A stretch of DNA of 64,000 nt from Leucoraja ocellata (Eukaryota). Shown in pieces: positions 38,206 to 49,473 of the stretch. Position numbers and translations under genes: made by a program. The notes beneath the pieces were generated by a model that saw only the letters and a list, made by a program, of their open reading frames with translations, did not search any database and was not told the DNA's origin. The stretch lies in the NCBI GenBank assembly GCA_036785375.1, contig JAWMAR010000481.1, positions 1,426,001-1,490,000 of the forward strand, read 5' to 3'. Numbering within the stretch: the first letter of the stretch is position 1; each line of letters opens with the position of its first letter.

Positions 38206-38567
38206 GTGAGTGGCGTCTGTTAATTTACTTACAGCATTAAACAATCTTACTGACATTTCCACCAAATTCCTGTCGCTGTGATCAGTCCTGTTGAGCGATG
38301 TATTATGTTCACATTTGGCTTTTTGCAATTTAAGCCAATGCTTTCCATCTGTAATTCTAACTCATTCTACAGGACATGTAGAGAGGAAGCTCACCAGTGT
38401 GTTTACGCTCACTCCTCTAGTTGCCTTTGTGTGCAGTGGTAAGAAAAATGGACAGTGATTAAACCACAGGTCCCATTCGATATCTGGAGAAGATCTTTCT
38501 TCCCTTCTCACTGTCTTCTTTGTGTTAGTTTCTCCAAATCCATCTTGTTTCTTGAGTGTTCTGTATG

Positions 38568-39400
38568 GACAATAGGTGCAGGTTTAGGCCTTCAAGCCAG
38601 CACTGCCATTCAATATGATCATGGCTGATCATCCCCAATCAGTACCCCGTTCTTGCCTTCTCCCCATATCCCCTGGCTCCACTATCTTTAAGAGCCCTAT
38701 CTAGCTCTCTCTTGAAAGTATCCAGAGATCCGGCCTCCACCGTCCTCTGACGCAGAGAATTCCACAAACTCACAACTCTGTGAGAAAAAGGGTTTCCTCA
38801 TCTCCGTTCTAAATTGCTTACCCCTTATTCTTAAACGGTGGCCCCTGGTTCTGGACTCCCACAACATCAGGAACATTTTTCTTGCCTCTAGCGTGTCCAA
38901 ACCCTTAATAATCTTATATGTTTCAATAAGATATCCTCTCATCCTTCTAAACTCCAGGGTATACAAGCCCAGCTGCTCCATTCTCTCAGCACATGACAGT
39001 CCCGCCAATCAGGGAATTAACCTGATGAACCTACGCTGCACTCACTCAATAGCAAGAATGTCCTTCCACGCATTAGGGGACCAAAACTGCACACAATACT
39101 CCAGGTGTGGTCTCTACTAGGGCCCTGTACAACTGCAGAAGGACTTCTTTGCTCCTATACTCAACTCCTCTTGTTATAAAGGCCAACATGCCATTCGCTT
39201 TCTTCACTCCCTGCAGTACCTGCATGCTTATTTTCATTGACTGATGAACAAGAACCCCGAGATCCCATTGTACTTCCCCATTTCCCAACTTGACCCAATT
39301 AAGATAGTAATCTGCCTTCCTATTTTTGCTACCTCACATTTATCCACATTAAACTGTATCTGCCATGCATCTGCCCACTCACCCAAACTGTCCAACTCAC
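38568..39400 (-). mobile_element. CR1-type LINE 3' fragment in the CH2-secretory exon intron
   Basis: DLGVLVHQS...KKANGMLAFITRG...LGLYTLEFRRMRG.LIETYKIIKG. Confidence 0.88.
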
Positions 39401-39640
39401 CTGTAGATTGCCCTTTCCCTTTCATTGAAATGTCAGTGCCTGGATTATTTTTGAACTCATCTCCACACTCTTTAAAGTATTGTCTGATTCTGGACAAAGT
39501 GAAGCAGTTTATCGTGGTCGGCATAATCTTATGCTGATAAATACTGAGGACACAGACTGGGAATATGTGAATCTCCTCTTTCCTCAACACAGGAGGTAAA
39601 AATCTCTTAACATTTAAATCAATTAATCTTCCATTTCCAG

Positions 39641-39768
39641 GTGGAAAATGTCCCGGCTGTTCGAAGTGTCTGCCGAAGTTCATCTACCAGAGCAATCTCA
39701 ATGTGTTATTCTCAGATGGTTCTACCCAGCAGTATCATTGTTGGGCAGGAAAGTGTGAAATAAAGTAG
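39641..39768 (+). CDS. IgW: Short-form (two-C-domain) Cys-rich secretory exon
   Basis: Acceptor TTTCCAG. In frame with CH2 it reads GGKCPGCSKCLPKFIYQSNLNVLFSDGSTQQYHCWAGKCEIK* (5 Cys), recognisable as the IgW/IgX short secretory tail. Not present in the ORF track. Confidence 0.92.
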
Positions 39769-40090
39769 TTGGCTGCGTATGGAATTTGTCATTCTATTAT
39801 TACTACCCATTTATAAGATTCAAATCCAACCCCTGGTATCTACTGGGATCAAAGTGTACCAGAGTGTGGGAAATACCCAATTCAAGCTGTCTCCCTCTCC
39901 CTTCCACTAGTTGCCTGTATATTCATTCATTTGCAGACATTGTTGCTTCACATCCCAGTGCCACTGGCCAGATTTATTCATGCTCAGACTCTAGTCAACA
40001 AGGACCACCCAGAGATCGAAAGGCAGGAGATGTTTAAGGTAAACGGTGTGATATGTCAAAGTGGCTCAGTAAAAAATAGGGTGACCCTAT

Positions 40091-40096
40091 AATAAA
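40091..40096 (+). terminator. Candidate poly(A) signal for the short secreted IgW mRNA
   Basis: First AATAAA after the stop codon, about 320 nt downstream. Confidence 0.55.
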
Positions 40097-41737
40097 TGCA
40101 AACTGGTGAGGCAAGATCCAGGGCTCTAACCGGTCTCCTGTCCTATACTGGCTTTGGGTGAAAACTGTAGTTAGCACAAATTGCCACAGATTTATTAACC
40201 CACCTCCCGGACACAGACCTCAGTCCAAAGGAGAAACTCAGGGAATGCAAGGAATGTTGCAAGGAATGGACGTGTTTGGTTATAATCATCTAAGGATGAG
40301 CAAGACAAAATGTCTCTTGTGGAAGATACCAGTATTTGACAGGATGGAGAGTATCCATACTCTGCCAGGTTTCATAGGAGGCGGTTTCCCCCCGACACCA
40401 CGATGCTGGAACTACACGACTGTCACTGATAAGGGACGGGATTGAGCATCTTGCAAACACACATGTTTAACAATATCACATTGCTGATTAAAACAAGATT
40501 CACAAAGCAAAAACATTGCACACTGTTAAACTAGGCTTATAAATTTCTGATGACACTGCAACCACTGTCATCCACACTAATACCATGCACATAACTATTT
40601 TTGAAAGGAATTTGCTCACCATTTTGCTTAAAGAAGGAGGGGTTGTGAAATAGACAACATCTTACATTGACAAATGTTATGTCTCCTGTCAGACAGACTC
40701 TGCTTTCTACGCAGCTGAAGGCTTTGATCTCCAGGCTCACTGAAAGTTTCAATTCTGACAAACCTAATCACACTCCACAATAAGTGTTTGAGAGCAAAAT
40801 CAGCTCATGTGGTCCAAGTGACTAAGTGTGTAAACAGTGCACACACAAGAGTGAGCTGAGTGCAACTAGACTCATGATGCTGCTTCAGAAGACAAGTGGC
40901 AGTGCTGGCCAGTCAGGGGCAATGAATGAATAAATCATTCTCTTCCTCGCCCAATGATTCTGATGTGAAACGGGAAAATACATCTAATGCAGAATTTCAT
41001 CCCAATCTGCAGCAGGAGAGGGACCTTGATACTTCTAACCATTTATGATTTGCTCTGCTGTCACTGGAGAGTCAGCCACTAATTTATTTCTGATCACTTC
41101 TATCAATTACTGAAACGCCTCAAAGTCTTCACTGGAGCACAGTCACACTAAACTGACACTAGTCTGTGGCTGAGTGAGTTTTGGTGTTTGTGGGCAACAC
41201 TGCAACATGGCACAGCAAGTGGTACAAAGGTGAAAGGAGTGCAGGCTTACGAGTGCCCTGAGCTGGAAGAATGACACCTTTACTGAAGGTTGTGTTGTGG
41301 TGAAGGTTTCAGAGATGGTGAGACATGGTCAAAGTAAGGCTGTGATATCAGCATGTGACATTCTTAAACTGAGGGAATCCCAGGCTTGGCAGCCAGGGAA
41401 AAAAGTTGCTTTTCTCATTCATGTTGCTCAGTATTACTAATCGATGCAGCAGGGGTTCCAAGCAAAGCACATATCAAATTGTGCCCCTGTAATGTACCAG
41501 CTGATCATGGTGATGGGAAAGAGAGTCAAATCCCAGTTGACGGATCCTTTGTTCTGTTTTTTTTCAGTCAAAACACTCAACCTGCTATTTAACACGTTTT
41601 TCTACTATTCTGTTTGCAATAAATCTAGCCAGTGTATAGTTTGATCAGCCATTGATCAGTCTTTTATGTGATGACATAAACATCTTAAAGTTCTTTTATG
41701 AGACACCTGTTTGGATTTCTGCCCTGCCTTTCCATAA

Positions 41738-42069
41738 AGAGCCTGAGCCACTTACGCAATTTATTCTGCGATTGCCAGCACCTGTCATAGTCGCAGCAGG
41801 TCACTGAAAAATGTTAACGTTGAAAATTCAGCTACGACCAGACCGGTGCTACGGCTCTTTGGGCAACTGAGGAGAATACTCACGACCATACAGGTGACAC
41901 CCTGCCGACATAGGTGAAGCCTGTATGGTCATGAGTAGTCGCCCAATGGTTCGTACCTTGTTCTGGTCGCCGCTGGATTTTCAACATGTTGAACATTTTG
42001 GGCGACCTGCAACGACCTATGACGGGTGCCGGCAGTCACTGAAAAAGTTGCGTAAGTGGGACAGGCCCT
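41738..42069. mobile_element. PIF/Harbinger-like MITE just 5' of CH3
   Basis: TIR AGAGCCTGAGCCACTTACGCAA / TTGCGTAAGTGGGACAGGCCCT, flanks TAA/TTA. Confidence 0.78.
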
Positions 42070-42125
42070 TTAGTAACAGATGAGTCTCAACTAAAATTCT
42101 GAACTTTTCCATTTCTGATCCACAG

Positions 42126-42428
42126 CATTGGCCGTCTTCATTCAAAATCCTGGCATGAAAGAGATTTGGATCAACAAGACCGCTACGCTGGTGTGTTCAG
42201 TAATCTGTAGTGATCCGAGCCAGGTCCATCTCACCTGGAAGGTGGGAGGAAAGGAGAGAAGTGAAGGAGTTGTGACCCGTACACCGAGCCATGAAGGCAC
42301 CCAAAACCCTGTGACCAGTGAACTCCGGACCAGTGTCGAGGAGTGGACCAGCGGGGTGGAGTTTGTGTGCTTCGCCCAACAATCTTCATCATCCTCACCA
42401 GTGTCAGCGCGGACCAACCATAACAAAG
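42126..42428 (+). CDS. IgW: IgW constant exon CH3
   Basis: ALAVFIQNPGMKEIWINKTATLVCSVICSD...W...EEWTSGVEFVCFAQ...NHNK. Acceptor CCACAG, donor AAG|GTGGGC, 303 nt. Confidence 0.93.
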
Positions 42429-42469
42429 GTGGGCAACAGATCAGTGATTAAATGGGTGTGACAGAGAGA

Positions 42470-42938
42470 GAGAGGGTACAGAGAGGATTTACAAGGATGT
42501 TGCCAGGGCTAGAGAGCTATAGGGAGAGGTTGAGTGGGCTGGGACTCTATTCCTTGGAGTGTCGGAGGATGAGGGAATATCTTATTGAGGTGTATAAAAT
42601 CATGAGAGAAATAGATTGGATAGATGCACAGAGTCTCTTGCCCAGAGTAGGTGAATTGAGTACCAGAGGACATAGGTTTAAGGTGAAGGGGGAAAGATTT
42701 AATAGGAATCTGAGGGGTAACTTCTTCATGCAAAGGGTTGTGGATGTATGAAACAAGCTGCCAGAGGAGGTAGTTGAGGCAGGGACTATCCTAACATTAA
42801 AAAAACAGACGGGGACAGGTTTTGAGGGACATGTACCAAACACGGCGGGAGAGACTAATGTAGCTGGGACATGTTGGCCGGGGTGGGCAAGTTGGGCTGA
42901 AGGGCCTGTTTCTACACTGTATCACTCTATGTCTCTAT
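42470..42938 (+). mobile_element. CR1-type LINE 3' end filling the CH3-CH4 intron
   Basis: ERVQR.FTRMLPGLE.SYRERL..LGLYSLE.RRMR..LIEVYKIM followed by a CTCTATGA-type tail. Confidence 0.85.
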
Positions 42939-42972
42939 GAGAGAGTTTAACATTTATTTTGCTCTGTTCCAG

Positions 42973-43290
42973 TTGAGCCAAATAAACCTGAAGTCAGACT
43001 GCTGCTTCAAACACACGAAGAGACCAAGCGTAGCCACAAGGTCACCCTCGAGTGTGTGGTCTCTGGATTCTACCCAGACCTCATCAACGTCACTTGGAGT
43101 AAAGACGGTGCCCTGATCTCCAACAACACCAGCGCTGCACCAACTGCTCTGGAGCAGGGGGGCACTTTCAGTGCCAGCCACTTCCTGACCATGAGTACAG
43201 AGGATTGGAAGTCAGGCTCACGTTTCAATTGTACAGTGTATCATCGCGCCTCCAACACCATCATCACGAAGGATGTGAAGAACATCCAAG
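42973..43290 (+). CDS. IgW: IgW constant exon CH4
   Basis: VEPNKPEVRLL...LECVVSGFYPDLINVTW...DWKSGSRFNCTVYH...KNIQ. Acceptor TTCCAG, donor AAG|GTAGGC, 318 nt. Confidence 0.93.
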
Positions 43291-44288
43291 GTAGGCTCCT
43301 GGGATTCACTCCATTCTCCACATTGTAAACTGTGCCACACATGGGCAGCATTGTAACATGGTGCAGTCCTGTTGTGGGCTTGTAAGTGAATCTGGCCACA
43401 GAAATAATTGTATCTTTGACATTGCTTTAGTAACTTGAGGGCAATCCAAGCCAGTCGACAGGCCAGACACGGTGGGAATCCACAATACTCTTCTTCAAAA
43501 CGGTCTTTCCCTCTGCCTTTGTACTTGATGCCAGTGGGTGCCTCAGCTGTGACAGGGTGTCCAGCAGAGCAGCTCTCTCCCTGCCCCAGAGTGGCTACAG
43601 TCAGCCTGGGCAATGTGTAGCAGCCTCTGGAACAGGCCGGCTGCAACACACTACATTCTGACAAAGCAGCAGGAGAGTTTAGTTACACCTCATGGATACA
43701 AAATGCATTTAAACAGTTGTGACTAAATGAAAGGACACAATATGCTGGAGTAACTCAGCAGGTCAGGCAGCATCCCTGGAGGACATGGGGAGGTGAGGCT
43801 TTGAGTCGAGACCTTTCTTCATCCTACTCCGGTCCACTCGCGACTAAATAAAATAATGCCGCTGCTTCTATTTTATAATATAAAGTGAAGAACTTTCCGC
43901 TGACTGGTTAGCACGCTACAAAAGCTTTTCACTGTACCTCGGTACACGTGACAATAAACTAAACTGAACTGAACATTTTGACCTCAAACATTAGCTCGAT
44001 TTGCCTCTCCTCAGAGGGAATTTTATACATTTGATTCAGTAAATAGCTGGTAGCAGGTTCAGTGATCACAAAACTGTCAAGTAATGTAAATGTCAACTTG
44101 TTAATTCACATTGTTTAGCACGGTTTCCTTGTGGGATCAATAGGAAGCTTCATTCCTACACCAATGTAGATAAATCTCCCTGATGTTGATGGGACCAGCA
44201 TATCATTCAGTGGAGATGTGCACAAAATACTTCAGTGGCAAGCTGCTCCATCAGGGAACGATGACATAATAAATGTGATTTCTCCCAG

Positions 44289-44609
44289 ATGAATGTTCAG
44301 ATACCCGCCCCTCGGTCACTTTAAGCAAACCTTCCTTCGAAGAGATCTGGATCAACAAAACAGCCACCATTCTGTGTAAGGTGGTTCACGGTGATTTAGA
44401 GGGATTCAGGGTCACCTGGCAAGTGAATGAAATGAAGAGAGAAGACGGGGTGACAACTCGTGGTGTAGAGAGGATCGGAGGTACAGACACCATCACCAGC
44501 GGACTGACGGTCCCCGCTGCAGAGTGGGAGAGTGGGGCTCTGTACACCTGTGTTGTGGAGGACAAGAGTTTGCCAACACCGGAGAGCAGATCTTTGAAGA
44601 AGCTGACAG
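44289..44609 (+). CDS. IgW: IgW constant exon CH5
   Basis: DECSDTRPSVTLSKPSFEEIWINKTATILCKV...W...EWESGALYTCVVEDKSLPTPESRSLKKLT. Acceptor TCCCAG, donor CAG|GTACGT, 321 nt. Confidence 0.93.
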
Positions 44610-45004
44610 GTACGTGTTGACAGAGGTTGGTGCGAGTCTGATCTGAGCAAATGGACACACTTATCACATCCAGCATAGAAAATAATTGCAGGAGCAGGCC
44701 ATTCAGCCCTTCAATCCTGCACAGACATTCAATATGAGCACGGCTGATCATCCATATTCAGTACTCTCTTCCTGCATTCTCTCCATATCCCTTGATCCCT
44801 TTACCCTAAGAACTGGATCCAACTCATTCTTGCATATATGTAATAATTGGGCTTCAATGCTGTCTGTGGCAGAGAATGTCCAGGTTCACCACTGTCTGTG
44901 TGAAGACATTTCTCCCCCTCTCACACCTACACACCTTCACCTCAGACTGTCATCTCCTTGCTTGGATTCACCAATATCTGAAACATTCTTCCTCTGCCTC
45001 ACCT

Positions 45005-45880
45005 GTTCATAGAAACATAGAAAATAGGTGCAGGAGGAGGCCATTCGGCCCTACGACCCAGCACCACCATTCATTGAGATCATGGCTGATCGTCCCCAAT
45101 CAATAACCCATGCCTGCCTTCTCCCAATATCCCTTGATTCCACTAGCCCCTAGAGCTCCATCTAACTGCATCTTAAATCCATCCAGTGATTTGGCCTCCA
45201 CTGCCCTCTGTGGCAGGGAATTCCACAAGTTCACAACTCTCTGGATGAAAAAGTTTTTTCTCACCTCAGTCTTAAATGGCCTCCCCTTGATTCTAAGACT
45301 GAGCCCTAGTTCTGGACTTGCCCAACATTGGGAACATTTATCCTGCTTCTAGCTTGTCCAGTCCTTTTAAAATTGTATATGTTTCTATAAGATCCCACCT
45401 CATTCTTCTAAACTCCAGTGAATACAAGCCTAGTCTTTTCAATCTTTCCTCATATGACAGTCCCGCCATCCCAGGGATCAATCTCGTGAACCAACACTGC
45501 ACTGCCTCAATCACAAGGATGTCCTTCCACAAATTAGGAGACAAAACTGTACTCAATACTCTAGATGTGGTCTCACCAGAGCCCTATACAACTGCAGAAG
45601 AACCTCTCTACTCCTATACTGAAACCCTCTTCTTATGAAGGCCAACATTCCATTAGCTTTCTTCACTGCCTGCTGTATCTGCACGCTAACTTTCAGTGAC
45701 CATTGTACAAGGACACCCAGGTCTCGTTGTTCATCCCCCTTACCTAACCCCATTGAGATAATAATCTGTCCCCTTGTTTTTGCCATCAAAGTGGATAACC
45801 TCACATTTATCTATATTATACTGCATCTGCCACGCATCTGAAAGTCTAGATACAATACATATACTGGCTCTCCTTCATCA
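45005..45880 (-). mobile_element. CR1-type LINE 3' fragment in the CH5-CH6 intron
   Basis: QRDLGVLV...KKANGMLAFI.RG...LYRALVRPHLEY. Another CR1 3' end lies at about 46460-46912. Confidence 0.85.
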
Positions 45881-47274
45881 ATCCGATTAAGAATTTCATA
45901 GTTTTTCTCAGATTCCTTTGGATTTTTCTGATCTCCAGTGGATATCTAATGGATATTGGGTGGACTTACAGATGGTCAGAGAGTGTGAAAATAAGATTAA
46001 ACTCAGCTGAATAACCACATCATTAATATCCCAAGTCACCACGACAGCCTCGCCCATTACCACACTTATTCCCTCAGCGTGAGTTGCTTAGATAGAATCG
46101 AGGGAGAGGGAATTGCAACTTTCACAAGCCGAGATACAGACTGAGTCAGGACTGGAAGGGCAGGGAGCTTGAGGCAAACACCAGCCAATCATTTAAGCAG
46201 AAGGGGAGATGGAACAGACAGCGCAGAAACAGGCTGGTCCAAGGACTGAGTTCCATTTTCAGTAGAGTCTCAGCATTCAGTGGCTCCTGTTGATTAACTA
46301 ACCAATTTAAACTCACTGGAAGCTATAGTTCAGTTTAGTTTAGAGATACAGCGCCCTTCGGCCCATCAAGTCCACGCCAACCAGCGATCCCCGCACACTA
46401 ACATTACCCAGCACATACCAAGGACAATTTACAAGTAAACCAAGTCAATTAGCCTACAAACAATAGACAATAGGTGCAGGAGTAGGCCATTTGGCCCTTC
46501 GAGCCAGCACCTCCATTCAATGTGATCGTGGCTGATCATCCCCAATCAGTACCCCGATCCCGCCTTCTCCCCACATCCCCTGACTCCACTATCTTTAAGA
46601 GCCCTATCTAGCTCTCTCTTGAAAGTATCCAGAAAATCGGCCTCCGCCGCCCTCTGAGGCAGAGAATTCCACAGATTCACAACTCTCTGTGAAAAAGTGT
46701 TTCCTCATCTCTGTTCAAAATGGTTTAACCCTTATTCTTAAACTGTAGCCCCTGGTTCTGGACTCCCTGAACGTCGGGAACATGTTTCCTGCCTCTAACG
46801 TGTCCACACCCTTAATAATCTTATGTTTCGATCAGATTCCCTCTCATCCATCTAAATTCCAGAGTATACAAGCCCAGCCACTCCATTTTCTCAGCATATG
46901 ACAGTCCCGCCATACAGAGAACATGTACATTTTTGTAGTGTGGGAGGAAACCTGAGCACCCGGAGAAAACCCACATGGTCACGTACAAACTCCATGCAGG
47001 CACCAGCCATAGTTGGGATCAAACCCCATGTCTCTTGCATTGTAGGCAGCAATTCTACCGCTGCGCCACCATGCTGCCCTGTAAAATGCACCAGAGGCAT
47101 GATTTCTATTCCATACATCCCTACAATGAGCAGAAAGGAAAAGCCTTTAGTTTCAGATGAACTGAGGTCCCTCAGGATGTAAACGGGGTCCATGTCAGTA
47201 TAAGATTGGAATGTATTGTGTAAGTACAGAATTATCGACAGATTCAGTCTAACTCAGGTTCTCTCTGTTCCCAG

Positions 47275-47660
47275 ATGGAGTTGAGATACGTCCTCAAGTC
47301 TACCTCCTCCCCCCTTCATTGGATGAGGTGGAGACGGATAAGACGGCCACCTTGACGTGCCTGGTCACCAAATTCTCTCCTGCAGACATCTATGTGGCCT
47401 GGATGGCCAACGACACCCTTCTGAAGACAGGGATCGTGAACCAGCCCGTGACCAAGGACACCAGGAATGGGTGGAACACCATGACCAGTCAGTTGAAGGT
47501 TTCTCCAGAGGACTGGAACTGTGGCACCACCTTCTCCTGTGTTGTGGGACATGGATCCATCACAACCAGTCTATTCAGAAGCATCAATAAATCTCACAGC
47601 AAACCCACCCTGGTCAATGTCTCACTTGTTCTGACTGACAGCTTTAAATCTTGTGTGTAA
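47275..47660 (+). CDS. IgW: IgW constant exon CH6 with long-form secretory tailpiece
   Basis: DGVEIRPQVYLLPPS...TLTCLVTKFSPADIYVAW...FSCVVGH...SINKSHS followed by KPTLVNVSLVLTDSFKSCV*. The tailpiece is mu-like, with an NVS sequon and a penultimate Cys. Confidence 0.95.
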
Positions 47661-47952
47661 CATGATTCATTTCTCAAACACTTGTTTTGTTCATTTCTGG
47701 ATGTATTAACTGACCCAGAGGATGATGGGTTAGTTCCCTAATACATCATCAAAATGTGAACCTTTGTAAATCATTAAAAACATAATGCCACACGAGATAT
47801 AAATGAAGCCACAGCCATGATTCACCACAAATGTCTGAGCTTCTGGATACATTTACAGAACTATTTCTGCCGTGCTTGAACAGATTTTAACCCTGTATGG
47901 GATCACACGAGGTATTAAATCTATGTATGTGTCAATGTATCAATACAAGATC

Positions 47953-47958
47953 AATAAA
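47953..47958 (+). terminator. Poly(A) signal of the long secreted IgW mRNA
   Basis: AATAAA followed about 20-40 nt later by a GT-rich element (TTTTGTGTGCGTGTCTGTGTTTT). Confidence 0.75.
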
Positions 47959-49473
47959 TGTGATGTGAAAAAGGTTTTGTGTGCGTGTCTGTGTTTTGGG
48001 TGGCAGTACATGGGTAGCTTGGGATGTGAGGTGTGCACATTCTAGGAGAAGCACATTCTGGGAGAAATAGTTGTTGTTGGATCAATGTGTCCAAAACCTT
48101 CCACCATTGGGTGTTCTCACACCCACGCCTGGACCAGTTGAAGACAGAGATTGATTGTGGTCGTTAACTCCATCATCACTGTGCCGTGTGACCGTCAGGT
48201 TGACACAAGGTGAACTGATTGGTCCGTGGTCTTTCCTTGCCCAGCTGTGACAATGTACCTGATGCCAGCTCACACACGGCAAACCAAATCTGGTCAGATC
48301 TCCTGCGTCGGGTAGTGCTTGCTTTCTCCCTCTTTCCCCTCCCCTTCCCAGCTCTCCCACAGCCCACCTGTGTTTAGCTGTTTGGTTTCAGGATAAATAT
48401 TAGCTCAGGACTCTGAGCAGAACTCTTGTGGTCATGTCGTGGCATTGCTGACATATACCTGAGAAGCACCTCCTTAAAGCCTCATCCCAAAGACAGCAGC
48501 TTTCATGAGGTGACATTGCTCACCACTGAGCCACACATGACATCTGTGTCCAACAAGGGGGATGGTTGTTTGAGGAGTCTCTGTCCTCAGTGGGTGTGCA
48601 CGGATGATGTTGAATAAAAGAGACAACTCATCATTGGTAACTCTTCTATTGCAATGTTACAATTAAACATCTGCCTGTCGGTGCTTAAAGTAAATCTGTC
48701 CTTGAATTTGCTGCTATGTGTATTCAAGCTTCTTGTATCTTCTGGAGAGGGAAGTAGAGACAATGACTGGGATGTGAGGATTCCTTGATGATGTTGGCTG
48801 CTTTCCTGAGGCAGCGTGAAGTGTCGATGGTGGAAGGTCTATGGTGGGGGATGCAATGCCCAATGTGTGGGCCGAGGGATGTTTGGTTTGGTTTAGTTTA
48901 TTGTCACGTAGACTGAGGTACAGTGAAAATGCTTTTTGTTGCGTGCTAACCAGTCACCAGAAAGACTATATAATTACAATCAAGCCATCCACAGTATACA
49001 GATACATGATAAAGGGAAGAATGTTTTGTGCAAGGTAATGTCCAATTAAACATAGTGCGAGGGTCTCCAGTGCGGTAGATGATATCTCAGGATTGCGATC
49101 TAGTTGGTGAGTGGATGGTTCAGTTGTTTGATAACAGCTGGGAAGAAACTGTCCCTGAATCTGGAGGTGTGTGTTTTCACACTTCAATACCTATTTTCCT
49201 GATGGGAGAGGGGAGAAGAGAGAGTGGCCAGGGTGCGACTGGTCCTAGGTTATGCTGCTAGGCCTTGCCGAGGCAGCATGAGATGTAAATGGAGTCAGTG
49301 GAAGGGAGGTTGGTTTGTGTGATGATCTGGGCTGCAACCACAATTCGCTGCCATTTCATGGATGGAGCTGTTTCCAAACCATGCTGTGATGCATCCTGAT
49401 AAAATGCTTTCTATGGTGCACTAAAATTAAATACCAATAAAGAATTGAACAGCATGTATTTTTGTTTGTGTTA

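Noticed and set aside
43291-44288. A second interspersed secretory exon after CH4 (also sought after CH4' and CH4'')
   Set aside because: No acceptor-led Cys-rich or tailpiece-like frame was seen. The read-through GTVLGF...DKCCSV* after CH4'/CH4'' crosses a good donor and is not tailpiece-like, although intron retention cannot be excluded without RNA data.
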